Shown in pieces: positions 1 to 10,454 of a stretch of 30,681 nt of DNA. The notes beneath the pieces were generated by a model. The model was not told the DNA's origin. It worked only from the letters and a program-made list of their open reading frames with translations, and searched no databases. The translations under genes were made by a program, and so were the position numbers. How positions within the stretch are numbered: the stretch's first letter is position 1; the number at the start of each line of letters is the position of its first letter. Source of the stretch: Dehalococcoidia bacterium. Lineage in GTDB: Bacteria; Chloroflexota; Dehalococcoidia; Dehalococcoidales; JAUXAE01. The stretch is taken from the NCBI GenBank assembly GCA_030665535.1, contig DAOUZU010000001.1, forward strand, positions 1 through 30,681, in the 5' to 3' direction.

Positions 1-3000
1 CCCACCAGCCGATCTACCTTGCCGTAGATGGCCGCCTCGGTGAGCACCCTGGTCGTCTCCTGGAACGAGGCTGCCGCCAGCCAGCTGGCGGTACTTAATG
101 AAGACCTGGTTATACCCATCATCACGGCGTGAGCGGTGGCCGGCTCGCCACCCTCGGCCAGCACCTTGGCATTGATATCCTCATAGTGGTATTTCTGTAT
201 AAGTTCACCGGGTATGAGGTCTGTATCTCCGGAGGTATCTATGCGCACCCTGTTCAGCATTTGCCGGGCGATAACCTCCACATGCTTATCGTTGATATGA
301 ACACCCTGGGAGCTATAAACCTTCTGCACCTCCTCCACCAGGTACTTCTGCACCGCCTCCTGGCCCAGGATGCTCAGGATGTCCTGGGGATTGATAGAGC
401 CATCGGTGAGCTGCTGGCCGGCCGTTATCCGATCACCGGTACCTACCCTGATATGGGCGGCGGCGGGCACCACATACTCCCGCTCCTCCGTCTCCACATA
501 GCTTATGGAGATCTGGTCTTTTTCAACGGCCACCCGGCCGGCTACCCTGGCCAACGCCGGCTGCTCCTCAGTGGTCAGCTTCTTTGTTGTCTTGGCTGTT
601 TTTGTTGTTTTGGCCTTCTTGGTGGCCTTGGGCTCTGTCAGTACCGTGCCGATATCAACAACCTGGCCGTCCTTTACCAGGACTTTCCAGCCCTTAGGCA
701 GCGGGTACTCGTCACGGTACTGCTCGGTTGAATCTATGTTGATTTGCCGGCCTTCTTCGCTTTCAACTACCTCGGCGGTGCCGTCTATCTCAGACATAAT
801 GGCCTGCGCCTTGGGTATCCTGGCTTCAAAGAGCTCCTCTACACGGGGCAGGCCGCTGGTGATATCCAGCCCCACGACGCCGCCGGTATGGAAGGTGCGC
901 AGCGTTAACTGTGTGCCCGGCTCGCCGATGCTCTGGGCGGCTATTATGCCCACCGCCGTATGTAAATCCACCATTTGGCCGCGGGCCAGGTCCCGTCCGT
1001 AGCAGAGCTGGCAGATTCCCTGCCGGGATTGACAGCTTAAGGGAGAGCGGACATGCACCGAGTTAATGCCGGCTTTATCTATCGTATCCGCCTTAGCCTC
1101 GCCTATCTCTTCGTTGCGTTCAACGATTACCTTGCCGCTCTTGGGGTGAACCAGTCGGCTGGCAGCCAGCCGCCCCTTGATGCGGTCGTTAAGCGGCGGC
1201 AGCAGGCCCTTCTCCGGCGGGTCGGTTATCCAGATACCCTCTATGGTGCCGCAATCTTCCTCAAGTATTATCACGTCCTGGGTTACGTCTACGAGTCGCC
1301 TGGTGAGATAGCCACTGCCCGAAGTCCTCAGGGCGGTATCGGCCAGTCCCTTACGGGCGCCATGGGTAGAGATGAAGTATTCAAGGGCAGTCAGACCCTC
1401 ACGCAGACTGGACTTTATGGGAAAGTCAATTATCCTGCCCGTGGGATTGGTCATCAGGCCGCGCATGCCGGCCATCTGACGTATCTGGGAGATGTTGCCC
1501 TTAGCCCCGGATGTAGCCATCATATAGATGCTGCCGTTTCTGTCCAAGCCGGTGGAGATGGCTTCGGTAATCTTGTCAGTGGTATCCATCCATACCTCGA
1601 CGACGCCGTTATAGCGCTCGTCCTCAGTGATAAGGCCCCGGTTAAACTGATTCTCGATGATATTTGATTTCTCCTCGGCCGCCTCCAGCAGCTTGGCCTT
1701 CTCCCGCGGTACGGCGATATCACTCATTGCCACGCTAATACCTGAGCTGGTAGCGTATTTGAAACCGAGCTTCTTCAGATTGTCTAGAAGCTTGGCCATC
1801 TCTTCTTTGCCGAGCAATTTGATGCTATCGGTTATAACGCCCTTCAGCGTTGTTTTATCCACAGGTTTGTTGTAAAAGCCGAGCTTGGCCGGCAGGGCAT
1901 CGCTGAAAATAATGCGGCCAACGCTGGTCTTAATCCTCTTGCCCTTACCATCCCTTACTTCAATCTCCGCCCTTAGCTGTACCGCCCCCAGGTCATAGCT
2001 CAGCCTGGCCTCTTCAAAGCTGCCGAAAATGCTGCCCTCTCCCTTGATTCCTTGCTTAATCGTAGTGAGATAATAGCAGCCGAAGACCATATCCAGGGTG
2101 GGGGTCACTATCGGGTCGCCGGAGCTGGGCAGAAGCATGTTATGAATACTGAGCATCATCTCTCTGGCCTCTTTAACGGCCGCCCGGGAAAGGGGCACGT
2201 GAATTGCCATCTGGTCACCGTCAAAATCAGCGTTAAAGGCCGAGGTTACCAGGGGATGAATCTGAATAGCGCTGCCGTCAATAAGAACCGGCTCAAAGGC
2301 CTGAATACTCAGGCGGTGCAGGGTAGGCGCCCGGTTGATAAGCACCGGCCGGTCTTTGACCACCTTTTCAAGGATGTCGTATACCTCGGGGTGGCCCCTC
2401 TCCACCAGCCGGCGGGCGCTCTTAATGTTGGGCGCTTCACCCAGCTTGACCAGCTGGTGCATAACGAAAGGCTTGAATAGCTCCAGGGCCATCCGCCGCG
2501 GTAGGCCGCACTGGGTTAGCTCCAGATCCGGGCCAACGACAATGACGGAACGTCCGCTGTAATCTACTCGCTTACCCAGCAGGTTCTGGCGGAAACGGCC
2601 CTGCTTGCCCCGCAGCATATCGGACAGGGACTTGGCCTTATGGGCTCCGCTGACGGCAACCATACGGCCCCTGCGACCATTATCAATAAGGGAATCCACC
2701 GCCTCCTGGAGCATCCTTTTCTCGTTGCGGATTATAATCTCCGGCGCCCCTATCTCCATAAGATGACGCAACCGGTTGTTGCGGTTAATAACCCGCCGGT
2801 AGAGGTCGTTCAGGTCACTGGTGGCGAAACGGCCGCCGTCCAGCTGGACCATTGGCCTGAGGTCGGGCGGCAGTACCGGCAGCACTGTCATAACCATCCA
2901 CTCGGACTTGTTGCCGCTACGGCGCAGAGCCTCCACCAGCTGCAACTTCTTGGATGCCTTCTTGCGACGCTGTCCTGAGGTGGAGCGTGTCTCCTGAATC

Positions 3001-3773
3001 AGATTGATGCGCTTCTCTTTGAAGTCTATACTCTTGAACAGCTTCAGGATGGCCTCGGCCCCCATTGCCGCCTCAAATGCCTGGCCGAATTTGGCCTCCA
3101 TATCATAATACTGGTTCTCTGTCAGCAGACTGCCGACACTGAGGTCTTTGATTTGATCCTTGCCCGCCTGAAGTTGTTCTTCCAGCTCCGCCTTCTCTTC
3201 AACGAAGTTACGCCGCAGCAGGTTTATCTCTTCGACGGTGGCCTTATCCTTTTCCATCGCCTCAACCTTGGCGGCCAGGACGGTCTCACGCTCGGCGATA
3301 TCCTGCTTCGTATTCTCGGTAAGCTGCTCGTCCGCCACCTGACGGGCCTCTTCGTCAATAGAGGTTATTATGTAATGTGAAAAATAGAGGACACGCTCCA
3401 GACTGCGTGCCGAGAGGTCCAGCAACAGGCCCACCCGGCTGGGTATCCCCCGGGTGAACCAAATGTGGCCCACCGGACAGGCCAGCTCAATATGCCCCAT
3501 CCGCTCCCGCCTCACCTTGTTGCGGGCAATCTCCACACCGCACTTATCACAGATAATGCCTTTATAGCGTATCCGCTTGTACTTGCCGCAGGCACATTCG
3601 AAATCTTTTGTGGGGCCGAATATGCGCTCACAGAAAAGGCCGTCTCGCTCCGGCTTCAGGGTACGGTAGTTGATGGTCTCCGGTTTTGTCACCTCGCCGT
3701 AGGACCAACCCCTTATCTGCTCCGGCGAAGCCAGGGAAATACGTATAGCGTCAAAATCATTAACCTCAATCAT
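1..3773 (-). CDS. rpoC: DNA-directed RNA polymerase beta' subunit (3' end truncated by the window edge)
   Basis: Translated by hand from ATG at 3773: [38 protein letters not shown], Zn-finger CACGKYK...CDKC, catalytic NADFDGD (~2215-2235), [34 protein letters not shown]. No stop before position 1. Start overlaps the rpoB stop by 8 bp. Confidence 0.99.
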   Translation of the reverse strand, partial: MIEVNDFDAIRISLASPEQIRGWSYGEVTKPETINYRTLKPERDGLFCERIFGPTKDFECACGKYKRIRYKGIICDKCGVEIARNKVRRERMGHIELACPVGHIWFTRGIPSRVGLLLDLSARSLERVLYFSHYIITSIDEEARQVADEQLTENTKQDIAERETVLAAKVEAMEKDKATVEEINLLRRNFVEEKAELEEQLQAGKDQIKDLSVGSLLTENQYYDMEAKFGQAFEAAMGAEAILKLFKSIDFKEKRINLIQETRSTSGQRRKKASKKLQLVEALRRSGNKSEWMVMTVLPVLPPDLRPMVQLDGGRFATSDLNDLYRRVINRNNRLRHLMEIGAPEIIIRNEKRMLQEAVDSLIDNGRRGRMVAVSGAHKAKSLSDMLRGKQGRFRQNLLGKRVDYSGRSVIVVGPDLELTQCGLPRRMALELFKPFVMHQLVKLGEAPNIKSARRLVERGHPEVYDILEKVVKDRPVLINRAPTLHRLSIQAFEPVLIDGSAIQIHPLVTSAFNADFDGDQMAIHVPLSRAAVKEAREMMLSIHNMLLPSSGDPIVTPTLDMVFGCYYLTTIKQGIKGEGSIFGSFEEARLSYDLGAVQLRAEIEVRDGKGKRIKTSVGRIIFSDALPAKLGFYNKPVDKTTLKGVITDSIKLLGKEEMAKLLDNLKKLGFKYATSSGISVAMSDIAVPREKAKLLEAAEEKSNIIENQFNRGLITEDERYNGVVEVWMDTTDKITEAISTGLDRNGSIYMMATSGAKGNISQIRQMAGMRGLMTNPTGRIIDFPIKSSLREGLTALEYFISTHGARKGLADTALRTSGSGYLTRRLVDVTQDVIILEEDCGTIEGIWITDPPEKGLLPPLNDRIKGRLAASRLVHPKSGKVIVERNEEIGEAKADTIDKAGINSVHVRSPLSCQSRQGICQLCYGRDLARGQMVDLHTAVGIIAAQSIGEPGTQLTLRTFHTGGVVGLDITSGLPRVEELFEARIPKAQAIMSEIDGTAEVVESEEGRQINIDSTEQYRDEYPLPKGWKVLVKDGQVVDIGTVLTEPKATKKAKTTKTAKTTKKLTTEEQPALARVAGRVAVEKDQISISYVETEEREYVVPAAAHIRVGTGDRITAGQQLTDGSINPQDILSILGQEAVQKYLVEEVQKVYSSQGVHINDKHVEVIARQMLNRVRIDTSGDTDLIPGELIQKYHYEDINAKVLAEGGEPATAHAVMMGITRSSLSTASWLAAASFQETTRVLTEAAIYGKVDRLV

Positions 3774-6700
3774 CTTTCTGGTTTACCTCTCCATCGGAAG
3801 AGCCGTCAGTTTTGTCGGCCTTCTCTTTCGTTTCAATCTCTGCCTTTTCAACTTCAACATCCGGCGAGGCTGCTGCCTCCGCCTCCGGATCTGGTTTTTC
3901 CGTTTCAGCCTCTGACGGGGCAGCCGCCTCTTCAAGCGGTTTCGCTCCTTCGGCCTTTTCAGCCGCCGGGGTTTCTCCGGCTACATCCGCCGCTACGGCT
4001 TCTCCGGAAGCGGCCTCCGGTACGCCCTCCGCCTGGCCTTCAATCACCTCCGGCTCTCCTGTGGAAGCGGTAATCTCCTTGATCTGCTCCGTCGGCGCCA
4101 ACTTCTCTTCCTCGTTGATTACCTCAACGGCCAGCCCCAGGCTCTGCAGTTCTTTGACCAACACCTTGAAAGATTCCGGCACGCCGGGCTGGAGGACATC
4201 CTCTCCCTTGACGATGGCCTCATAGGTCTTGGCCCGGCCGGTGACATCGTCAGACTTGATGGTCAGCATTTCCTGTAGGTTGTGGGCGGCGCCATAGGCC
4301 TCAAGTGTCCATACCTCCATCTCACCGAAACGCTGGCCGCCGAACTGGGCCTTGCCGCCCAGGGGCTGCTGCGAAATCAGGGAGTAGGGGCCGGTGGCCC
4401 GTGCGTGGACTTTATCTTCCACCAAATGTATCAGCTTCAGAATATACATATTGCCCACCGTTACCGGCTGGTCAAACGGCTCACCGCTTCGGCCGTCGCG
4501 CAGGACTACTTTGCCGGCCACTGGCGACGGCAGGTTAAGACGACCCGTCGCCTCATTCACCGCCTCCTCCAGCTTAATCAGGTCAAGCTTTCGGGCGGCC
4601 ACTCCCTGCTCCTCAAGCCACAGGCGGAGGCTTATTTCACGGGCCTTACCCGGCTGCTCGTCGCCGAAGACCTGCCCTGCATCGTAGCCGTGGCTGTCCA
4701 CCCACTCTTTGGCTGTCTCAACACGGCCGGCGGCATCGCTCTCCTCAAGGCCGAAATCCAGCGGGTTAGCCTTCTGCACTAGCCAGGCCCGTGCCAGGGC
4801 ATCTTCTATGGCCACATCGGTGGCGCCGTCAAAAACGGGCGTCATCACCCGGAAGCCCAGCAATTGAGAAGCCCAACCCAGGTGGGTCTCCAGGACCTGG
4901 CCCAGGTTCATCCGGGACGGTACGCCGATGGGGTTAAGGATAATATCCACCGGCGTACCATCAGGCAGGAAGGGCATATCCTCAGCGGGGGCGATAATGG
5001 AGATAACCCCCTTGTTGCCGTGGCGGCCGGCCAGCTTATCGCCAACGGATATCTTACGCCTCTGGGCCACCCATACCTGCACCCACTGGTTGACCCTGGC
5101 GGGCAGGTCGTCACCCTTGTCGCGTGAGAATATGCGGACATTGATTACCTTGCCCCACTCACCATGCGGCATCCTTAAGGAGGTGTCTTTCACCTCCCGC
5201 GCCTTCTCGCCGAAGATAGCTCTTAGCAGCTTCTCTTCGGCGGAGAGCTCGGTCTCACCCTTGGGGGTTATCTTACCCACCAAGATATCGTCCGGGGCTA
5301 CCTCGGCGCCGATTCGGATAATGCCCTGCTCATCCAATTCGCGCAGGCTCTCCTCGCCGACATTGGGTATATCGCGGGTTATCTCTTCCTCGCCCAGCTT
5401 GGTATCGCGGGCTTCCACCTCGTGTTTGGATATGTGGATTGAGGTGAACTTATCGTTCTGCATCAGGCGCTCATTGATAATTATGGCGTCCTCAAAGTTG
5501 TAGCCGCCCCAGCTCATGAAGGCGCAGACCAGGTTCTGGCCAAGGGCCAGCTCGCCCTGCTCCGTGGCCGAACTATCGGCCAGGACGTCCCCGGCCGCTA
5601 CCTGCTGCCCCTTGCTCACGATGGGCCGCTGGTTTATACAGGTCCCCTGGTTAGTACGGACGAATTTCCGCAGGCTGTAGCTGTCCTTACCCCCAGTGTC
5701 CCTGTTGACAATAATTGTTGAGCCGGCCACCGAGGCAACCTCGCCGGCGTTAGCGGCGTATATTACCTGGCCGCTGTAGTCGGCGGCCTTTTTCTCCATA
5801 CCGGTGGCCACCAACGGCGCTTCAGGCCGGAGCAGGGGTACCGCCTGACGTTGCATATTGGCCCCCATCAACGCCCGGTTGGCATCGTTGTGCTCCAGGA
5901 ATGGTATCAGCGAGGTGGCCACGCTGAATATCTGCTTGGACGATACGTCCATATACTCAATCTTCTCCGGCGGTTCGTGCAGATAACTATCTCCTCGCCG
6001 GGCCTCCACCCTCTCATCCGTGAAGTGGCCTTTTTCATCCAGGCGGGCATTGGCCTGGGCAATATAATGCTTGTCTTCCTCATCTGCCGGAAGGTAGTCC
6101 ACCTCATCGGAAACAAAAGGCCTCACCTTAATATCCTTGGATGATAGCCTGGCCAGGACCGCGGCTATCTTGGGCGTAACCTCCACCCCGGCCTTGGCAG
6201 TGGCGCCGCCCTTGCTGTTTTTCACATCCTCCAGCAAAACCCTACCCAGAAGTCTTTTATCAGTGTTTTTCAGACTGTGAATAACATAGCGGTAAGGTGT
6301 TTCAATGAAACCGTAGCTGTTTACGCGGCTGTAGTTGGCCAGCGAGCCGATAAGGCCAATATTCGGCCCTTCCGGGGTTTCAATGGGGCAGATACGGCCG
6401 TAGTGAGTGTGGTGGACATCACGGACATCAAAACCGGCCCGCTCCCGGGACAAACCACCCGGCCCCATAGCCGAAAGGCGGCGCTTGTGGGTAAGCTCGG
6501 CCAGGGGGTTGGTCTGGTCCATGAACTGGGATAGCTGCGAGCCACCGAAGAACTCCCTGATGGCAGCCACCACCGGGCGGATGTTTACCAGGGCGCTGGG
6601 GGTAACCGTATCCAGGCTGACGATGCTCATCCGCTCCCGGGCCACTCTCTCCAGACGGGCCAGGCCGATGCGAAACTGGTTCTGAATCAGCTCGCCAGCA

Positions 6701-7719
6701 GTTCGCACGCGGCGGTTGCCTAGGTGGTCAATGTCATCGGCGCTGTCTTCGCCGTTGTTTACCATAATAACGTGGCGGACTATCTCAACCACGTCTTCCT
6801 TGGTCAGGGCACGCTGAATCCCGTTTTCCGCACTATGCCCCAGCCTCCGGTTTAGCTTATAGCGGCCCACCTTGCCCAGGTCATAGTGCTGGGGGCTGAA
6901 GAACATATCGTTTAACAGCTTCCTGGCGTTCTCAATATTGGGCGGGTCTCCGGGGCGGAGCCGGCTATATATGTCAATCAAGGCGGTCTTCTCGTCTGTT
7001 ACCACCTGGTCCCTGTCTATGCTTGACTGGATAAAGCAGTGATCCGGGGAACTGTCTTCTTTGGCGAAGATCTCCTTAAGCTGCTCATCACCAGAGTAGC
7101 CGATGGCCCTTAAAAGAGTAGTTACCGGAATCTTGCGTCGGCCGTCAATCTTTACCGAGATTACGTCACGGTTTGAGGTCTCAACCTCCAGCCAGGCGCC
7201 ACGGCTGGGAATAAGATTAGCCCGACACAGCCCCCGCCCGCTGGTGGCGTCTTCCGTCACGGTGAAGTAAACGCCGGGAGAGCGCAGCAGCTGACTGACA
7301 ACCACCCGCTCTGTGCCGCTGGTGATAAAAGTACCCTGGGCCGTCATCAGCGGAATATCACCGAAGAAAAGGTCAAAAGGCTCTTTTATCTCTCCGGTGG
7401 CTTTTACCAGCAGTCGGGCCTTGATATACAACGGCACGGAATAGGTCTGATCGCGCTCGCCGCATTCTGCCTCGGAGAGACGCGGCTCACGGAACTCGTA
7501 GCCGACAAACTTAAGCTCCAGTCGGTTGCCGGTGAAGTCTTTGATGGGTGAGATGTCATCCAGCAACTCCCTGATACCGTCCTCCTGGAACCAACGGAAG
7601 GAACCGAGCTGCACCTCTATTAGGTTGGGGATGTCTACTACCTGGGGTAACTTAGAATAGGACTTGCGGGGTACCGGAGATACACGGCCGTCAGACCGAG
7701 TTGGCGACTTTGAGACCAT
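3766..7719 (-). CDS. rpoB: DNA-directed RNA polymerase beta subunit
   Basis: 1317 aa ORF with [12 protein letters not shown]...[50 protein letters not shown] at 7725-7730 (minus strand). Confidence 0.99.
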   Translation of the reverse strand: MVSKSPTRSDGRVSPVPRKSYSKLPQVVDIPNLIEVQLGSFRWFQEDGIRELLDDISPIKDFTGNRLELKFVGYEFREPRLSEAECGERDQTYSVPLYIKARLLVKATGEIKEPFDLFFGDIPLMTAQGTFITSGTERVVVSQLLRSPGVYFTVTEDATSGRGLCRANLIPSRGAWLEVETSNRDVISVKIDGRRKIPVTTLLRAIGYSGDEQLKEIFAKEDSSPDHCFIQSSIDRDQVVTDEKTALIDIYSRLRPGDPPNIENARKLLNDMFFSPQHYDLGKVGRYKLNRRLGHSAENGIQRALTKEDVVEIVRHVIMVNNGEDSADDIDHLGNRRVRTAGELIQNQFRIGLARLERVARERMSIVSLDTVTPSALVNIRPVVAAIREFFGGSQLSQFMDQTNPLAELTHKRRLSAMGPGGLSRERAGFDVRDVHHTHYGRICPIETPEGPNIGLIGSLANYSRVNSYGFIETPYRYVIHSLKNTDKRLLGRVLLEDVKNSKGGATAKAGVEVTPKIAAVLARLSSKDIKVRPFVSDEVDYLPADEEDKHYIAQANARLDEKGHFTDERVEARRGDSYLHEPPEKIEYMDVSSKQIFSVATSLIPFLEHNDANRALMGANMQRQAVPLLRPEAPLVATGMEKKAADYSGQVIYAANAGEVASVAGSTIIVNRDTGGKDSYSLRKFVRTNQGTCINQRPIVSKGQQVAAGDVLADSSATEQGELALGQNLVCAFMSWGGYNFEDAIIINERLMQNDKFTSIHISKHEVEARDTKLGEEEITRDIPNVGEESLRELDEQGIIRIGAEVAPDDILVGKITPKGETELSAEEKLLRAIFGEKAREVKDTSLRMPHGEWGKVINVRIFSRDKGDDLPARVNQWVQVWVAQRRKISVGDKLAGRHGNKGVISIIAPAEDMPFLPDGTPVDIILNPIGVPSRMNLGQVLETHLGWASQLLGFRVMTPVFDGATDVAIEDALARAWLVQKANPLDFGLEESDAAGRVETAKEWVDSHGYDAGQVFGDEQPGKAREISLRLWLEEQGVAARKLDLIKLEEAVNEATGRLNLPSPVAGKVVLRDGRSGEPFDQPVTVGNMYILKLIHLVEDKVHARATGPYSLISQQPLGGKAQFGGQRFGEMEVWTLEAYGAAHNLQEMLTIKSDDVTGRAKTYEAIVKGEDVLQPGVPESFKVLVKELQSLGLAVEVINEEEKLAPTEQIKEITASTGEPEVIEGQAEGVPEAASGEAVAADVAGETPAAEKAEGAKPLEEAAAPSEAETEKPDPEAEAAASPDVEVEKAEIETKEKADKTDGSSDGEVNQKDD

Positions 7720-7847
7720 AGTTACTCCTTAAAAAGAATGGATCGGAGAATTAGGGCATAGCCAAGCGGCTAGCGAAAATAGAAAAACGCCTTCAATGAA
7801 TTGCACGAATTAAAGGAAATACCTAGGGGCATAATCACAAACAAATA

Positions 7848-7876
7848 ATTATACTGCAATTGGTGTCATCTGTCAA
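7848..7876 (-). promoter_or_regulatory. Perfect-consensus sigma70 promoter for rpoBC (TTGACA-N17-TATAAT)
   Basis: Plus strand shows tgtcaa at 7871-7876 and attata at 7848-7853, with exactly 17 bp between them, pointing toward rpoB. Confidence 0.9.
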
Positions 7877-8025
7877 GGCCGGTTGCTGCGGCGCCTGCTG
7901 CCTCTGGGGCAAAGATTGGCTGTATAGAGCCGAGGGCTTTAGAGTAGCAGTCCCACACGTATCATTATACGCCGCTGCCGTCTGGATCTTCCAGCGTCGC
8001 CACCTTTCCACCTTAGCGAGGGTCA

Positions 8026-8055
8026 TTGACGCCCCGATGTGGGGCGTGATAGTAT
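8026..8055 (+). promoter_or_regulatory. Candidate promoter for ribF-tyrS (TTGACG-N18-TAGTAT with extended -10 TG)
   Basis: ttgacg 8026-8031, TG 8047-8048, tagtat 8050-8055. Confidence 0.55.
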
Positions 8056-8137
8056 CAAATACTCTCTTAATCCTGGTTGATACCAGCCTTAGAATTGCTA
8101 CGTCACACTGTATGCAGGCCCGCCAAACAACACGGAA

Positions 8138-9067
8138 ATGTCTTTTAAGGAAGAATTAGCCGCCTTTTCGCCCCGGCAGGATACCTTGCTGGCCATCGGT
8201 GTCTTTGACGGCGTCCACCTGGGCCATAAAGCGCTGCTTTCCGAGCTCAAGCGCCAGGCCGATGAGAAAGGCCTTGCTACTGGCGTGGTCACCTTCCGCA
8301 AGCACCCGGCTACAATCCTTCCCCACCAACAGTGGTTGGCCCACCTCACCAGCCTGGCCGAGAAAATCAGGCTCCTCAGGGAAGAAGGCGTGGCATTTAT
8401 CGTCACCCTTTCCTTCACCATTGAACTGGCCCAAGTAAGCGCCGAGCACTTCGTCGGCCTGCTTCAGAAGCAGTTAAAGATGCGCGGCCTGGTGATCGGA
8501 GCCGACTTCGCCCTGGGACGGAACCGCGAGGGAGACGCCGCGACGCTGATCAGGCTAGGGCGGGACACCGGCTTTGGCGTAACGGTGGTGCCACCGGTAA
8601 AGCTAAGCGGTGAGATAGTGTCCTCCACGGCCATAAGAAACGCTCTGGCCGGCGGGGATATGGGCAAGGTGCAGCGGATGACGGGCCGCTACTTCCGCCT
8701 TGAGGAGCGTGTCGTCACCGGCAACGGCCGCGGCGCAGACCTGGGTTATCCCACTGCCAACCTGGATACAGACCCGGAGCAAGCGCTGCCGGCTGATGGC
8801 GTCTATGCCACCTGGGCCCACGTAGATAATAAACCTCTTCGGGCGGTTACCAGCATCGGCCACCGGCCCACCTTCGGCGGCGGGGAGCGCATCGTCGAAG
8901 TCTATATTATGGGCTACCAGGGAAACCTCTATGGCTCCCGGCTTAAAATTGATATAATAGAGCGGCTGCGCGGCGAGATGCGTTTTGATTCCGCCACCGC
9001 GCTCACCGCCCAGATTGAGGATGATATTAAAAAGGCGAAGGGTATCTTCAACACCCTGGATAGGTAA
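8138..9067 (+). CDS. ribF: Bifunctional riboflavin kinase / FAD synthetase
   Basis: GVFDGVHLGH nucleotidyltransferase motif, IVSSTAIR, GYPTAN kinase motif, RLRGEMRF; 309 aa. Confidence 0.97.
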   Translation: MSFKEELAAFSPRQDTLLAIGVFDGVHLGHKALLSELKRQADEKGLATGVVTFRKHPATILPHQQWLAHLTSLAEKIRLLREEGVAFIVTLSFTIELAQVSAEHFVGLLQKQLKMRGLVIGADFALGRNREGDAATLIRLGRDTGFGVTVVPPVKLSGEIVSSTAIRNALAGGDMGKVQRMTGRYFRLEERVVTGNGRGADLGYPTANLDTDPEQALPADGVYATWAHVDNKPLRAVTSIGHRPTFGGGERIVEVYIMGYQGNLYGSRLKIDIIERLRGEMRFDSATALTAQIEDDIKKAKGIFNTLDR

Positions 9068-9070
9068 TAG

Positions 9071-10351
9071 ATGGCTACCGGTAAAAAAGACATAGAGCGC
9101 CTTCTTGAGCGGGGCGTGGCCGAGGTTATCGTCCGCGAGGAGTTGGCCGAGCAGTTGGCCTCGGGCAAAAAGCTCCGGCTCAAGGAGGGCTTTGACCCCA
9201 GCTTCCCCGACATCCACCTAGGCCATATGGTGGCCCTCAAGAAGCTGCGCCAGTTTCAGGAGATGGGCCACCAGGTAGTGCTTATCGTCGGCGACTGGAC
9301 GGCCCGCATCGGCGACCCCAGCGGCGCCTCCGTCACCCGGCCGATGCTGACAGCGGAGGCCGTCAAGGCCAACGCCGAGACCTACATGCAGCAGTTCTTC
9401 AAAATAGTTGATAAAGACAGGACGGAGGTGCGCTGGCAGAGCGAATGGTTCGGGGATTTCCGCCTGGAGGATGTTATCCGGCTTACCAGTCGCTTCACCA
9501 TCGCCCAGCTGCTGGCCCGGGCCGACTTCGCCAAGAGGTACGCCGAGGACCGCCCCATCACCATGGCCGAGTTCCTCTATCCCCTGCTTCAGGCTTACGA
9601 CTCGGTGGCCATAAAGGCCGATGTCGAGTTCGGCGGTACCGACCAGAAGTTCAACCTGCTTGTGGGCCGCGACCTTCAGGGTATAGTCGGCCAGAAGCCG
9701 CAACAGATACTCCTGGTGCCTATTTTGGTGGGCACCGACGGCACCCAGAAGATGAGCAAGAGCCTGGGCAACTACATCGGCGTTGCCGAGCCGCCCAGTG
9801 AAATATACGGCAAGGTGATGTCCATACCGGATAGCCTTATTACGCAGTATTTTGAGCTACTCACCGATGTGCCTGACAAAGACCTGGCCGAGATTGGCCA
9901 GGCCCTGGAAGAAGGCGACATCAACCCCATGGAGTTTAAAAAACGGCTGGCTAGGGAGATTACCGGCCAGCTATATGACCAGGCGGCGGCGGCAGAGGCG
10001 GAGGCCCACTTCGCCAGCGTGGTGCAGCGGAAAGAGGCGCCGGAGAATATACGGAAAGTAAAGATGACTGACGAGCGACTACAAAAAATAAAAGCCAGCA
10101 TGTATTCAGAGGAAAAAGGATTGGTTAGCACTAAAGAAGTTGGCGAACCTGAGACTGAGAGAGAATGGGTTGTATCAGTTCCCCTTCTGCTATATGAGAT
10201 AGGTCTGGCTAAAAGTCGCAGTGACGCCAAGCGTCTTATATCACAAGAGTGTGTCGGTATAGATAGCAAGACTGTTTATGAGACAAAGGCTTTAATCAAA
10301 ATAGGCAGCATAATTAAAGTAGGGCCGCTACGCTGGGTGGAACTGGTTTGA
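9071..10351 (+). CDS. tyrS: Tyrosine--tRNA ligase with a divergent C-terminal S4-like domain
   Basis: GFDPS..DIHLGH (HIGH), YPLLQAYD, GGTDQKFN, KMSKS; S4-like tail GLAKSRSDAKRLI. Confidence 0.97.
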   Translation: MATGKKDIERLLERGVAEVIVREELAEQLASGKKLRLKEGFDPSFPDIHLGHMVALKKLRQFQEMGHQVVLIVGDWTARIGDPSGASVTRPMLTAEAVKANAETYMQQFFKIVDKDRTEVRWQSEWFGDFRLEDVIRLTSRFTIAQLLARADFAKRYAEDRPITMAEFLYPLLQAYDSVAIKADVEFGGTDQKFNLLVGRDLQGIVGQKPQQILLVPILVGTDGTQKMSKSLGNYIGVAEPPSEIYGKVMSIPDSLITQYFELLTDVPDKDLAEIGQALEEGDINPMEFKKRLAREITGQLYDQAAAAEAEAHFASVVQRKEAPENIRKVKMTDERLQKIKASMYSEEKGLVSTKEVGEPETEREWVVSVPLLLYEIGLAKSRSDAKRLISQECVGIDSKTVYETKALIKIGSIIKVGPLRWVELV

Positions 10352-10364
10352 TAACTGTTATTTT

Positions 10365-10383
10365 CGGCAAGCGCCGTTTTATT
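10365..10383 (+). terminator. Weak intrinsic terminator candidate after tyrS
   Basis: cggc-aagc-gccg hairpin (4-bp GC stem) followed by ttttatt. Confidence 0.4.
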
Positions 10384-10402
10384 AAGTCCACATAATATCG
10401 CT

Positions 10403-10430
10403 TTGCCCGCGCGGTCAATTCGGATATAAT
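10403..10430 (+). promoter_or_regulatory. Candidate promoter for the aminotransferase-serA-pdxT operon (TTGCCC-N16-TATAAT)
   Basis: ttgccc 10403-10408, tataat 10425-10430, followed by AAGGAG RBS 10443-10448. Confidence 0.65.
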
Positions 10431-10454
10431 AGACCAGTGATGAAGGAGTTTTTG

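Noticed and set aside
129-4073. Many plus-strand ORFs of 70-200 aa (e.g. 129..731, 1053..1667, 3465..4073)
   Set aside because: They are antisense shadows of rpoC/rpoB. The track omits rpoC because it has no stop in the window; the minus frame carries all RpoC motifs and the plus ORFs have no recognisable domains or RBS.
7720-8137. Possible tRNA, FMN riboswitch or other known ncRNA in the largest intergenic region
   Set aside because: No cloverleaf, TTCGA T-loop or CCA end, and no FMN riboswitch conserved tracts seen by eye. An Infernal/Rfam scan would be decisive.
7835-8159. Small ORFs 7835..8026 (-) and 7860..8159 (+), and a second minus-strand TATAAT at 7964-7969
   Set aside because: The ORFs overlap the rpoB and ribF promoter elements and lack an SD or coding-like composition. 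The extra TATAAT has no -35 or extended TG, so a second promoter or sRNA is unsupported, though not excluded.
9060-9075. T-box riboswitch upstream of tyrS (likewise lysS, serS)
   Set aside because: Only 3 bp separate ribF and tyrS, 2 bp separate lysS and serS, and ~50 nt precede lysS; there is no room and no T-box consensus.
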